A stretch of DNA of 64,000 nucleotides from Actinomycetota bacterium. Its GTDB lineage: Bacteria; Actinomycetota; UBA4738; HRBIN12. Of the stretch, positions 18,549-27,805 are shown in pieces. A program made the translations under genes and the position numbers. The stretch spans positions 88,125 to 152,124 of the forward strand of contig JBKPHM010000047.1 in assembly GCA_046729855.1 (NCBI GenBank). The letters are read 5' to 3'. Within the stretch, counting starts at the first letter, position 1; the number at the start of each line of letters is the position of its first letter. The notes under the pieces were generated by a model. That model was not told where the DNA came from. It ran no database searches and saw nothing but the letters and a program-made list of their open reading frames with translations.

Positions 18549-20336
18549 TCAATCCCCCGCGACGGGCCGGAACCCCTCGATGTCCAGGATCGACCCCGTC
18601 CGCTCGGCGTCGGGCCTCCACGACGCACGGACCCGCATCCCGATCCGCACGGCCTCCGGCTCCACTCCAACGAGCTTGTGCAGGAACCCCCCTTCGCTTG
18701 ACCCGTCGATCCGGATCACGGCGGGCAACTCCGGACGATCCAACGGCCGCATGTCCCACGACACGTGACAGATCGAGTACGTCTCGACGACGCCCGTCTC
18801 CTCCACCTCGACCCAGTCATCGGTCGCCCTGAAGCACCGCTCACAGAACATCCGTGGCGGCACGAGCACTCGTCCGCAGGCCCTGCACTCGCGTCCCACG
18901 ATCCGCCCAGCCTTCAGCTCGGAGAGGAACCGCGAGATCGCCACACCGACGTCCCACGAGTACCGCGGATCGAGGTTGTAGTCGACCGCGCCGACCACCG
19001 AACGGAACTCGGTCTCGGACAGCGCATGCCCGCCGACCGCGTACGGCGGCGTCTGTATGACGGGCAACGAGGCCGCGGGGCCGGGCGCGGGAGTCGCCGG
19101 GGGCTGGGAGGGCGGCGAAGCGGGCCGAGTCGCCCCGGCGGGCCGGCGACCGACCGCGACGCCTCCACCGTCCCGCCCCATCACGACCACAGTCCCGACC
19201 TGCATCAGGTCGCCCCAGGCCTGCGCGACGCCGCGTTCGGGCGTCCCGGGCACCTGCCGGGCTCCGGCCTCCCCGCGAAGCTGCCAGAAGATCTCGGCGA
19301 TCTTCATGAGCCCCGCGGCGGCGATCGGGTTGCCGACGCCGAGGAGGCCGCCGCTGGGACAGCTCGGGAGGTCGCCGTCGCGGTCGAGGACGCCGTCGCG
19401 GGCCGCCTCGGGGGCCTTGCCTCGGTCGAAGAGCATGAGCCCCTCGAGGTGGTGGAGCTCCTTGTAGTCGAACGGGTCGTACGGCTCGACCACGTGGATC
19501 TGCTTGCGCGGCTCGGTGATGCCGGCCATGTCGTAGGCCATGCGTGCCGCGTTCTGAACGTACTCGGGGAAGACGAGGTCGCGGTTCGTCCAGTAGGTCG
19601 TGTCCAGGTTCCAGCCGACGCCGTCGATCCAGACCGGTCGATCGGTAAGGCGACGGGCTGCATCCTCCGACGCGACGACGACGGCCACGGCGCCGTCGCT
19701 GATCGGCGAGACGTCGAGCCGCTGGACCGGCCAGGCGAGCGTCTCGCTGTCGAGCACGTCGTCGACGGAGACGTCGGCCTGACCGAGGAGCGCGGCCGGG
19801 TGGTCCGCGGCGTTGCGCTTGTTCTTGACGGCAACCGCCGCGATGTCGCGCTTGTCGAGGCCGTAGGCGTTCATGTAGCGGTTCATCTCGAGCGCGAAGA
19901 TCCACAGCAGGTTCGGTCCGAGCGGGCGCTCGAGGACGTTGTCGAAGATCGTGAGGAAGGCACCCTGCGGGTGCGGCTGCGTCGAGGACATCTTTTCCTC
20001 TGCGACCAGCAGCGCGACATCGAACATGCCGCTCGCGACCGTGTACCAGCCCTGGATCGCGGTGAACACGCCGCTCCCGCCTCCAACGTAGGTCCTGATG
20101 AACGGCTTGCCGTATGCGCCCGCGCCGTCCGACAAGTACTCGCCCTTCATGTGCACGCCGTCGAAGGCGTCGGGCGCGCTCGTCAGGCAGACGGCGTCGA
20201 CGTCGGGGAGCGACAGCTCGCAGGAGTCGAGCGCCGCCTTCGCCGCCTCCCACGCCAGCTCCTTGCCCGTCTCCTGCGCGCGCCGCACGAACCTGGTCAT
20301 CCCGGCACCGACCACGGCGACCTTGCGGCCGGTCAC
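18549..20336 (-). CDS. Thiolase-fold (SCP-x type) protein fused to a C-terminal DUF35 Zn-ribbon/OB domain
   Basis: GTG start overlaps the VOC stop (GTGA). The N-terminal ~385 aa are thiolase-like (VAVVGAGMTRF, EEKMS, GGLLGVGNPIAAAGL). A Pro/Ala-rich linker follows, then CRACG...CERC plus an OB fold. Confidence 0.85.
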   Translation of the reverse strand: MTGRKVAVVGAGMTRFVRRAQETGKELAWEAAKAALDSCELSLPDVDAVCLTSAPDAFDGVHMKGEYLSDGAGAYGKPFIRTYVGGGSGVFTAIQGWYTVASGMFDVALLVAEEKMSSTQPHPQGAFLTIFDNVLERPLGPNLLWIFALEMNRYMNAYGLDKRDIAAVAVKNKRNAADHPAALLGQADVSVDDVLDSETLAWPVQRLDVSPISDGAVAVVVASEDAARRLTDRPVWIDGVGWNLDTTYWTNRDLVFPEYVQNAARMAYDMAGITEPRKQIHVVEPYDPFDYKELHHLEGLMLFDRGKAPEAARDGVLDRDGDLPSCPSGGLLGVGNPIAAAGLMKIAEIFWQLRGEAGARQVPGTPERGVAQAWGDLMQVGTVVVMGRDGGGVAVGRRPAGATRPASPPSQPPATPAPGPAASLPVIQTPPYAVGGHALSETEFRSVVGAVDYNLDPRYSWDVGVAISRFLSELKAGRIVGRECRACGRVLVPPRMFCERCFRATDDWVEVEETGVVETYSICHVSWDMRPLDRPELPAVIRIDGSSEGGFLHKLVGVEPEAVRIGMRVRASWRPDAERTGSILDIEGFRPVAGD

Positions 20337-20758
20337 TCGGTCCCACCCCCTTCCGGGGGGCTATCGCTCGCGCGTTCGCGTTCGCTCCTTGAGCCCCCCG
20401 GACCCCCCAGGTATTCGAAAAGCTGGAGGGAGTTGCCGTCGGGATCGGCGAACGAGACGTAGCGGCCTACGCCCGGGACCTCGCCGTCGTGCGGATCGAA
20501 CACGACGCCTCGTCCTCCGAGCGAGAGCTTCGCCCGGTCGAGGTCCTCGACACGGAAGACGATCGTCCCGGCGTGCGGGACGTGTGCCGCGTCGCCGGCG
20601 CCGTGCAGGCCGATCCTGATCGCGCCCGCGTCCAACTCGCTCCACTCGTTCCCGAACCGCTGGACGAGACGCAGCCCGAGGATGTCGCCGTAGAACCGGA
20701 CGGCGGCGTCCATGTCGCGCGTCCACACCCAGACGTGATCGATCGCCCCGACGCTCAT
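20333..20758 (-). CDS. VOC (glyoxalase/bleomycin resistance/dioxygenase) family protein
   Basis: ATG at 20758. IDHVWVWTRDMDAAVRFYGDILGL and YVSFADPDGNSLQLFE are typical VOC half-motifs. Confidence 0.8.
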   Translation of the reverse strand: MSVGAIDHVWVWTRDMDAAVRFYGDILGLRLVQRFGNEWSELDAGAIRIGLHGAGDAAHVPHAGTIVFRVEDLDRAKLSLGGRGVVFDPHDGEVPGVGRYVSFADPDGNSLQLFEYLGGPGGSRSERERASDSPPEGGGTE

Positions 20759-20771
20759 CCGCTCACCCGTC

Positions 20772-21938
20772 TCATCCGCCCGCGCCCTCGTCGTTCGCCA
20801 GGACGACGACGGCCGCGGACGTGCTCGGCACCGCTCGAGAGGATTGCGCGACGGCCAGGTATGCCTCGTCGACCTGGCGCTCGCCGGCTTCCTCGCGGAG
20901 CTGTTCCACGCACTCGAGCACGCGGACGAGCCCGTTGGCCTCGAACAGATCGCCCTGCCCGAGCGAGCCGCCGGACGCGTTGACCGGCAGATCGCCGTCC
21001 GTCTCGAGCTCCCCCTCCTCGAGCAGGTCCGCGAGGTCGGGCGCGTCCGCAAGACCGAGCGCCTCGATGGCCTGCAGCTCCCTGAACGCGTACCGGTCGT
21101 CGACCTCTGCCAGGTCGACCTCCTCGCCCGGATCATCGATCTCGGCCTTCGCATAGGCCATCTCCGCCGCGAGTCGCACCGTGTCGGCCTCGCCCCACGT
21201 CCGGCTCTCGAGCGTGGGGCTCCCGGACGCCCACCCGATCCCGAGGATCCAGATGGGCGCCTCGGCGATCTCCCGTGCGCGCTCGTCGCCGGCCAGCACC
21301 ACCACGACGCAGCCGTCCGCCCGGTCCGCGACCTCGAGGCGCCGCAGCGGCCACCACAGCGGCGACGAGTCGTCGATGTCGTCGACCTCGAGCGCCGCCG
21401 GGTACGCGGCGCGGGGGTTGTCGAGCGCGTTCGTCCGGTTGGTCGCCGCGACGATCGCGCAGTGCTCGTCGGTGAGCCCGCTCCGATCGAGGAACGCGTT
21501 CATCTCCAGGCCTGCGATCGCGAGCGTCGGGACGCCGAGCGGCCGGTTCAGGACGGGATCGAGCGCGAACGCTTCGATCGCGCCGAGCGTCCGCACGTCG
21601 GACGCCTTGCTGTGTGCCTCGACCGCGACGACGCCGGCGGCGCCGGAGCGAATCAGCATCACGGCCGTCGCCAGTCCGAACAGGCCGTCGCCGGCCACCG
21701 TCTGCACGGGCCGCTGGACGGCGCCCAGCTGGTCGGGCACGTACTCGTCGAAGATGCTGGTCCCCTCGAGGTAGTCCTCGGAGCAGCAAACGAACGAGTC
21801 GACGTCGGTCCTGGGGTCGAGGCCGGAGTCGGCGTAGGCACGCTGCGCCGCCTCGAACATCAGCTCCTTGTAGGACACACCCGCCGTGATCGGCGCGAAC
21901 CCCGCGTGGCCGACTCCGACGATCGCGACACGCTCCAC
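20772..21938 (-). CDS. Thiolase-fold (SCP-x type) protein, no canonical nucleophile Cys
   Basis: GTG start. VAIVGVGHAGF, thiolase-like core, VNASGGSLGQGDLFEANGL near the C-terminus. Confidence 0.85.
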   Translation of the reverse strand: MERVAIVGVGHAGFAPITAGVSYKELMFEAAQRAYADSGLDPRTDVDSFVCCSEDYLEGTSIFDEYVPDQLGAVQRPVQTVAGDGLFGLATAVMLIRSGAAGVVAVEAHSKASDVRTLGAIEAFALDPVLNRPLGVPTLAIAGLEMNAFLDRSGLTDEHCAIVAATNRTNALDNPRAAYPAALEVDDIDDSSPLWWPLRRLEVADRADGCVVVVLAGDERAREIAEAPIWILGIGWASGSPTLESRTWGEADTVRLAAEMAYAKAEIDDPGEEVDLAEVDDRYAFRELQAIEALGLADAPDLADLLEEGELETDGDLPVNASGGSLGQGDLFEANGLVRVLECVEQLREEAGERQVDEAYLAVAQSSRAVPSTSAAVVVLANDEGAGG

Positions 21939-21945
21939 GCTGCCC

Positions 21946-21951
21946 GTTATA
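21946..21951 (-). promoter_or_regulatory. Candidate -10 box TATAAC, 7 nt upstream of the GTG start (leaderless)
   Basis: The reverse complement of 21946-21951 is TATAAC. It is followed by GGGCAGC and then the GTG start at 21938. Confidence 0.3.
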
Positions 21952-21992
21952 CCCGGTGGACCGGCGCACGGCGACGGCGGGGCGGCGCCGCC

Positions 21993-22619
21993 CTAGCCGC
22001 CGAGGATCCTTCGCTTCTGCGCCTCGAACTCCTCGGCGGTGAGGACGCCGCGGTCGCGCAGGTCGGCCAGGCGCTCCAGCTCCGAGGTCGTGGACGGGGC
22101 GCCGCGCGCCGGCCCGCCTTGGTACATCCGCTGCTGGTTGAGCTCGCCGTGGTGGTAGATCGTCCGCTGCACGTCCTCGGGATCGCGGATGTTGCTGAAC
22201 ACCTGACGGCCGCGTTCGCCCGCCGACTCGATGATGAGGTCCCCCGCTCCGATCGCGCGCTCGAACACGCCCTGGCTGAACCGCACGTCGTTGATCGCCT
22301 CGAGCGGGATCTCCATCGATGACTTCGCGATCAGGCCCTGGCGATGGATGATCCGATCGCTCGTGACGACGAAGTGCGACGTCGCCCATGCGACGAGCTC
22401 TCGGAGCGGGTACCACGCGAAGATCGCCAGACCGATCGCGATGACGGCCCAGAACAGTGGCGCGTTCGCGTCGCCCTCGGGGAGCTGCGGCACGACGACG
22501 ATCCACGCGACGATCACGGCGAGCGTGACGACCACGGGCCCGACGAGCGCGATCCAATGGGGCCGAAGGTCGAGGATCAGCTCCTCGCCCTCGATCAGCA
22601 GGCGTCGGGGGAAGCCCAC
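21993..22619 (-). CDS. Membrane bPH (YdbS/YdbT-like) domain protein with C-terminal SHOCT domain
   Basis: Two TM helices. FVVTSDRIIHRQG...EIPLEAINDV is a PH-like segment. The C-terminal LERLADLRDRGVLTAEEFEAQKRRILG is a SHOCT motif. Confidence 0.75.
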   Translation of the reverse strand: MGFPRRLLIEGEELILDLRPHWIALVGPVVVTLAVIVAWIVVVPQLPEGDANAPLFWAVIAIGLAIFAWYPLRELVAWATSHFVVTSDRIIHRQGLIAKSSMEIPLEAINDVRFSQGVFERAIGAGDLIIESAGERGRQVFSNIRDPEDVQRTIYHHGELNQQRMYQGGPARGAPSTTSELERLADLRDRGVLTAEEFEAQKRRILGG

Positions 22620-22628
22620 GAAGGCAGC

Positions 22629-23387
22629 CTACACCGCGAGGTGCTCGACCTCGCCGGACCGCACGGGCACGAGACCGCGCCCGGTCCGCAGGACGAGCGC
22701 GCCCGTGTCGTCGACGTCTACGGCCTCGCCCTCGGGACCCAGGCCGCCGCCGGCCGTCAGGACCCGAACCGTGCGTCCGAGCGTCACGCAGACGTCGCGG
22801 TAGCCCTCGAGCACCGCACCGGCGAACGCTGGATGCCCCGGCTCGTAGCGATGCGCGAGGTGTCCGAGGAACCCCTCGAGCAGCGCGGCCGGGTCGGGTT
22901 CGTCCAGCGAGCCCGCCCCCGCGACGTCGGCGGGCGCCGCTCCGACGTTCACGCCGACGCCGATCGACACATACGCGAGCCGGTCGCCCTCCACGACCGA
23001 CTCCGCGAGGATGCCACCGACCTTGGCGTCACCCAGCATCAGGTCGTTCGGCCACTTGCAGCCCACGCCGCGGCCGCGGTCCCGCGCGGCGGTCGCCATC
23101 GCCCAGCCGACGAGAAGCGTGAGGAGCCCGGCCCGCTCCGGGTGCAGCTCCGGCCGCAGGACCAGGGAGAACATGAGGGCCTGTCCGGGCACGTCGTTCC
23201 ACGAGCGACCCAGGCGCCCGCGCCCCGCCGTCTGGTGGCCGGCGGCCACCAGCGTCCACTCCGGCGCCCCCTCCTCGGCCCTGCGCCGCGCCGTCTCCTG
23301 GGTCGAACCGGTAACCTCGTCGAACCGGACAGGGGCATCGAGTCCGGCCCGCTCGAGCGCGCGGCGGAGCGCGCGTTCTGTCACCAT
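22629..23387 (-). CDS. birA: Biotin--[acetyl-CoA-carboxylase] ligase, group I (no N-terminal HTH)
   Basis: ATG at 23387. GHQTAGRGRLGRSW and KWPNDL motifs. At 252 aa there is no DNA-binding domain. Confidence 0.85.
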   Translation of the reverse strand: MVTERALRRALERAGLDAPVRFDEVTGSTQETARRRAEEGAPEWTLVAAGHQTAGRGRLGRSWNDVPGQALMFSLVLRPELHPERAGLLTLLVGWAMATAARDRGRGVGCKWPNDLMLGDAKVGGILAESVVEGDRLAYVSIGVGVNVGAAPADVAGAGSLDEPDPAALLEGFLGHLAHRYEPGHPAFAGAVLEGYRDVCVTLGRTVRVLTAGGGLGPEGEAVDVDDTGALVLRTGRGLVPVRSGEVEHLAV

Positions 23388-23480
23388 CGGGCTCGATCGT
23401 CCCACAGGCGGCCGGCGATGGGCCAGGCGGAACGACGCCCAGAAGAACGGCGGGCAGGACGACGGCGGACCGGAGAGCGC

Positions 23481-25205
23481 GTGCCGACAACCAGCATCCT
23501 GGTCGCGAACCGAGGCGAGATCGCCGTTCGCATCATCCGCACGATCCGCGAGCTCGGGCTCCGGTCGATCGCGGTGTACTCCGATGCCGACCGCGAGGCG
23601 CTCCACGTCGAGATGGCGGATACTGCCTTCCGTATCGGGCCGGCCCTCGCTGCCGATTCGTACCTGTCGATCAGCTCGATCCTCGACGCGGCGCGGCGCG
23701 CGAAGGCGAGCGCCGTCCATCCCGGCTACGGATTCCTCTCCGAGCGCGCGCATTTCGCGCGAGCCGTCGAGGGGTCGGGCTTCACGTTCGTCGGTCCGCC
23801 CGCGGATGCGATCGAGATGATGGGCGACAAGTCGGCCGCCAGGCAGGCGGCCGATCGCGTCGGCGTTCCGATCGTCCCCGGGACGCCGGAATCGGTGAAC
23901 GTCGAGGACGCGCCCGCCGAGGCCGACCGCATCGGCTATCCCGTGCTGGTCAAGGCCGCGTTCGGCGGCGGCGGCCGCGGGATGCACGTCGTCCGCTCAC
24001 CCAAGGAGCTCGCCGGCGCGCTCAGGCGCGCCGCCCGCGAGGCGCAGGCGTACTTCGGGCGACCGGACGTCTTCCTCGAGCGGTACCTCGACCGCGCCCA
24101 CCATGTGGAGGCGCAGATCCTGGCCGACACACACGGCAACGTGTTCTTCGTGGGCGAGCGAGATTGCAGCGTCCAGCGGCGTCACCAGAAGCTGATCGAG
24201 GAGACGCCGTCGCCCGTGGTGGACGCCGAGCTTCGATCGCGGATCGGCCAGGCCGCGATGTCGCTCGCCAAGGAGGCCGGCTACACCAACGCCGGCACGG
24301 TCGAGTTCATCGTCGACGAGGACGGCAGCTACTACTTCCTCGAGATGAACACGCGGCTCCAGGTCGAGCACACGGTCACGGAGATGGTCACCGGCCTGGA
24401 CCTCGTAGCCCTCCAAATCGCCGTCGCGCTCGGCGAGCGGATCGACCTGTCGAGCGTCCGGCCGAGCGGCCACGCGATCCAGTGCCGGATCAACGCGGAG
24501 GACCCGTCGCGCAATTTCCTGCCCGGGCCCGGCCGGATCACGGCGTACCGCGAGCCGTCGGGGCCGTTCGTCCGCGTCGACGCCGGCGTCGTCGGGGGCA
24601 AGGTGGTCCCGCCCGACTACGACTCGATGTTCGCCAAGGTGATCGTGTCGGCCGAGGACCGCGAGCGCGCCCGTCGCCGGATGCTGCGGGCGCTCTCCGA
24701 GTTCGCGATCGATGGCGTTCCGACCACGATCCCGCTGCACCGATGGATCCTCACGAGCGAGCCGTTCCGTTCGGGGACGCACACGACGACCTGGCTCGAG
24801 GCGGCCCTCCGCGACGCCGAGCTGCCGCCGGCGCGCGCCTCGGTCGCAGCGTCCGAGTCCGGCGGGCCCGTGCCCGCGGAGATGCTGGTCGAGCTCGCCG
24901 GCCGACGCGTCCCGGTTCGGATCTTCGACCGCCGCCGCCCGACCGCGCCAAAGGCACCCGTGCGCCACGGCAGGCACCACGCCGAGCACGTCCACAGCGT
25001 GATCTCCGCGCCGATGCAGGGGACGATCTTGCGGGTGCTCGTCGAGCCCGGGCAGGAGATCGAGGCCGGCGACGTGATCTGCATCCTCGAGGCGATGAAG
25101 ATGGAGAACGCGATCCCCGCGCCGCGCGAAGGGGTCGTGACCGAGCTGCCGATCGAGGACGGCCAGGTCGTGCAGCGGGGTCAGACGCTCGCCGTGATCG
25201 ACTGA
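23481..25205 (+). CDS. accA: Acetyl/propionyl-CoA carboxylase alpha subunit (biotin carboxylase + BCCP)
   Basis: GTG at 23481. ILVANRGEIAVRIIRT, GGGGRGM, EMNTRLQVEHTVTE, and the C-terminal biotinylation motif EAMKMEN. Confidence 0.92.
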   Translation: MPTTSILVANRGEIAVRIIRTIRELGLRSIAVYSDADREALHVEMADTAFRIGPALAADSYLSISSILDAARRAKASAVHPGYGFLSERAHFARAVEGSGFTFVGPPADAIEMMGDKSAARQAADRVGVPIVPGTPESVNVEDAPAEADRIGYPVLVKAAFGGGGRGMHVVRSPKELAGALRRAAREAQAYFGRPDVFLERYLDRAHHVEAQILADTHGNVFFVGERDCSVQRRHQKLIEETPSPVVDAELRSRIGQAAMSLAKEAGYTNAGTVEFIVDEDGSYYFLEMNTRLQVEHTVTEMVTGLDLVALQIAVALGERIDLSSVRPSGHAIQCRINAEDPSRNFLPGPGRITAYREPSGPFVRVDAGVVGGKVVPPDYDSMFAKVIVSAEDRERARRRMLRALSEFAIDGVPTTIPLHRWILTSEPFRSGTHTTTWLEAALRDAELPPARASVAASESGGPVPAEMLVELAGRRVPVRIFDRRRPTAPKAPVRHGRHHAEHVHSVISAPMQGTILRVLVEPGQEIEAGDVICILEAMKMENAIPAPREGVVTELPIEDGQVVQRGQTLAVID

Positions 25206-25414
25206 GGCGGTTCGATCCGGTCGTCGGGCTCGACGGCCCCGGCCTCGCTCTCGTCGTCGGCCGGCGGCACGGCGGGGAGGAACGCGCAGAACACCGAACC
25301 GGCCGGGCTCGACCGCTCCAGCCACACGCGTCCGCCGATCGCCTCCGCCATCTTCCGGCAGATGTACAGACCCAGCCCCGTGCCGCCCACCTTGCGTGTG
25401 GCCGAGCTGTCCAC
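25181..25414 (-). pseudogene. Histidine kinase HATPase_c C-terminal remnant
   Basis: Only the G2 box to the C-terminus is recognisable (VDSSATRKVGGTGLGLYICRKMAEAIGGRVWLERSSPAGSVFCAFLP). Farther upstream the frame runs into the npdG 3' end with no kinase-like sequence. Confidence 0.5.
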
Positions 25415-25430
25415 TGCGTGCGCCTGTTGC

Positions 25431-26114
25431 TCAGCGCTGCGGCTTGCCCCACGCGTCGCGACCCGTGACGCGGAACCCGGCGTCGTGGATCTTGTACGCG
25501 CGGTTCACGGAGATGAGCAGCGCCGTCATCGGCTCGACGATCCGAGCCATCGACAGGTCGCCCGCGTCCACCCAGCGGAGATTCGGGATCGAGTCAATGA
25601 GCTCGCCGACCGTCGCCTTGGCCTCGGCGTCCTTGCCGCAGACGAAGACGTCGCTCTCGACCGGACGCTCGATGTCTTGCAGCTGCTCACCCGAGACCGT
25701 GTGGAACGCGCCGATCATCCGCACGCCGGGCTCGAGCAGCGCCTTCGCCTGCTCCGCCGCCGAACCGTGCCAGGGCCGGATCACCTGCCAGGCACGCCCG
25801 CCGACGGCCGTGGCGAGCGGGCTGGTGCAGTCCACGACGATCTTCCCGACGGCCACGCGTTCCTTGATCGCTCGGTAGATGTCGGACTGGCCGGCGTACG
25901 GCACCGTTACGAAGATCACGTCCGCCGTCTCGGCGGCCTTCTCGTTCGTCGTGCCGTCGATGTTGCCGCCGCTCAGCTCACGCGCCCGCTCAGCCGACGC
26001 GGCGCCCTTCTCCTCCGAGCGGGAGCCGATGATGACGCCCCGCCCGGCCATGCCAAGGCGGAGCGAGAGGCCGAAGCCCTCCTCGCCCGTTCCGCCGATC
26101 ACCGCGATGTCCAT
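25431..26114 (-). CDS. npdG: NADPH-dependent F420 reductase (NpdG family)
   Basis: ATG at 26114. MDIAVIGGTGEEGFGLSLRL Rossmann motif, with length and pattern of the NpdG family. Confidence 0.8.
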   Translation of the reverse strand: MDIAVIGGTGEEGFGLSLRLGMAGRGVIIGSRSEEKGAASAERARELSGGNIDGTTNEKAAETADVIFVTVPYAGQSDIYRAIKERVAVGKIVVDCTSPLATAVGGRAWQVIRPWHGSAAEQAKALLEPGVRMIGAFHTVSGEQLQDIERPVESDVFVCGKDAEAKATVGELIDSIPNLRWVDAGDLSMARIVEPMTALLISVNRAYKIHDAGFRVTGRDAWGKPQR

Positions 26115-26175
26115 GCGGGCGAGCTTAGCGAAGGACACCCGAGACAAGCCGGCCGGCGGCGGGCGGTGGACCGGG

Positions 26176-27774
26176 TCAGTGCCGCGGCAAGTACTCGCCG
26201 AAGACCCGCCGTAGCGCGTCCGAGACCTCGCCGAGCGTCGCGCGTGAGCGGAGGGCCTCCCTCATCGCCGGCAGCAGGTTCGCGTCGCCCCTCGCGGCGT
26301 CCTCGATGGACATGAGCGCGCGCTCGACGGCCGCTTGGTCCCGCGACGCGCGCAGCGCGCGGACGCGCTCGATCTGCCGTACGACCTCCTCCTCGCCGAT
26401 CCGCTGGATCTCGACCGACGCCTCGTCGGCATCCCGGAACCGGTTCACGCCGACGACGACCCGCTCCCCCGTCTCGATCCCTCGCTGGATCCGGTAGGCA
26501 GCCTCGTGGATCTCGTCCTGCACGAACCCTGCCTCGATCGCCGCGACGGCGCCGCCCATCCCGTCGATCTTCTCCAGGTACCGCCACGCGCGCTGCTCCA
26601 CCTCGTTCGTCAGCGTCTCGACGAAGTACGACCCCGCGAGCGGATCCACCGCGTCGGCGACGCCCGTCTCGGTCGCCAGGATCTGCTGCGTGCGCAGCGC
26701 GATCTTCGCCGCGCGCTCCGTCGGCAGCGCCAGCGCCTCGTCGAAGGAGTTGGTGTGCAGCGACTGCGTGCCGCCCAGCACCGCCGCGAGCGCCTCGTAC
26801 GAGGTCCGCACGATGTTGTTCTCGGGCTGCTGCGCAGTGAGCGTGGCGCCGCCGGTTTGCGTGTGGAACCGTAGCATCTCGCTCCGCGGGTCCTCGGCGC
26901 CGAAACGCTCGGTCATGATCCGCGCCCACATCCGGCGCGCGGCTCGGAACTTGGCGACCTCCTCGAACAGATTCATGTGGCACGCGAAGAAGAACGACAG
27001 TCGTGGCGCGAACGCGTCAACCGCGAGGCCGGCGTCGAGCGCCGCTCGGACGTAGGCGATGCCGTTCGCGAGCGTGAAGGCGATCTCCTGCACGGCGGTC
27101 GCGCCGGCCTCGCGCATGTGGTAGCCGCTGATCGAGATCGTGTTCCACCGCGGGATCCGTTCGCCGCAGTACGCGAAGAGGTCGGTGATCAGCCGCATCG
27201 AGGGCTTCGGGGGGTAGATGTACGTGCCCCGCGCGGCGTACTCCTTCAGCAGGTCGTTCTGCACGGTGCCCGAGAGCTTCGACGCGTCGATCCCTCGTTC
27301 CTCTGCGACGAGTTCGTACAGCAGGAGAAGGATCGGCGCCGTCGCGTTGATCGTCATCGACGTGGAGACCTCGTCGAGCGGGATGCCGTCGAACAGACGT
27401 GCCATGTCCTCGACCGAGTCGATCGCCACGCCGGTCTTGCCGACCTCGCCCTCGGCGCGCGGGTGGTCGGAGTCGAGCCCCATCTGGGTCGGCAGGTCGA
27501 ACGCGACCGACAGGCCGGTCTGGCCGTGCTCGAGGAGGTACCGGAACCGGCGATTCGTCTCGTCCGCCGTCGCCATTCCCGCGTACTGCCGCATCGTCCA
27601 AGGACGACCTCGGTACATCGTGCGATACGGCCCGCGGGTGAACGGCGGCGAGCCAGGCTCGCCGAGGTCGCGCTCGACGTCAAAGCCCTCGAGGTCGGCG
27701 GGGGTGTACAGCGGCCGGATCTCGATCTCGGAATCGGTGCGCCGCACGCCCGAGCGATCGGGATCCCGCGCCAT
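26176..27774 (-). CDS. Methylmalonyl-CoA mutase, catalytic (large) subunit without B12-binding domain
   Basis: [56 protein letters not shown]. It keeps the Tyr (TMY) and Arg (ARGTY) positions that, as I recall, distinguish MCM from isobutyryl-CoA mutase. Confidence 0.92.
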   Translation of the reverse strand: MARDPDRSGVRRTDSEIEIRPLYTPADLEGFDVERDLGEPGSPPFTRGPYRTMYRGRPWTMRQYAGMATADETNRRFRYLLEHGQTGLSVAFDLPTQMGLDSDHPRAEGEVGKTGVAIDSVEDMARLFDGIPLDEVSTSMTINATAPILLLLYELVAEERGIDASKLSGTVQNDLLKEYAARGTYIYPPKPSMRLITDLFAYCGERIPRWNTISISGYHMREAGATAVQEIAFTLANGIAYVRAALDAGLAVDAFAPRLSFFFACHMNLFEEVAKFRAARRMWARIMTERFGAEDPRSEMLRFHTQTGGATLTAQQPENNIVRTSYEALAAVLGGTQSLHTNSFDEALALPTERAAKIALRTQQILATETGVADAVDPLAGSYFVETLTNEVEQRAWRYLEKIDGMGGAVAAIEAGFVQDEIHEAAYRIQRGIETGERVVVGVNRFRDADEASVEIQRIGEEEVVRQIERVRALRASRDQAAVERALMSIEDAARGDANLLPAMREALRSRATLGEVSDALRRVFGEYLPRH

Positions 27775-27781
27775 GCGGCTA

Positions 27782-27787
27782 AGGGTA
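27782..27787 (-). promoter_or_regulatory. Candidate -10 box TACCCT (TANNNT), 7 nt upstream of the mutase ATG (leaderless)
   Basis: The reverse complement of 27782-27787 is TACCCT. The ATG is at 27774. Confidence 0.25.
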
Positions 27788-27793
27788 ACGGGT

Positions 27794-27799
27794 TAGCAT
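27794..27799 (+). promoter_or_regulatory. Candidate -10 box TAGCAT, 6 nt upstream of the methyltransferase ATG (leaderless)
   Basis: TAGCAT at 27794-27799 and ATG at 27806. The whole divergent intergenic region is only 31 nt. Confidence 0.25.
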
Positions 27800-27805
27800 C
27801 ACGCG

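Noticed and set aside
20333-20758. VOC protein as the missing methylmalonyl-CoA epimerase
   Set aside because: The fold family fits, but the sequence lacks the epimerase-like pattern I would expect (for example the paired IDH..V/GLHH-type metal motifs in both halves). Its operon context is thiolase-like/DUF35, not the mutase.
23388-23480. BirA operator in the birA-accA divergent region
   Set aside because: This BirA is a 252-aa group I ligase without the N-terminal winged-HTH domain, so it should not act as a repressor. I saw no convincing palindrome there.
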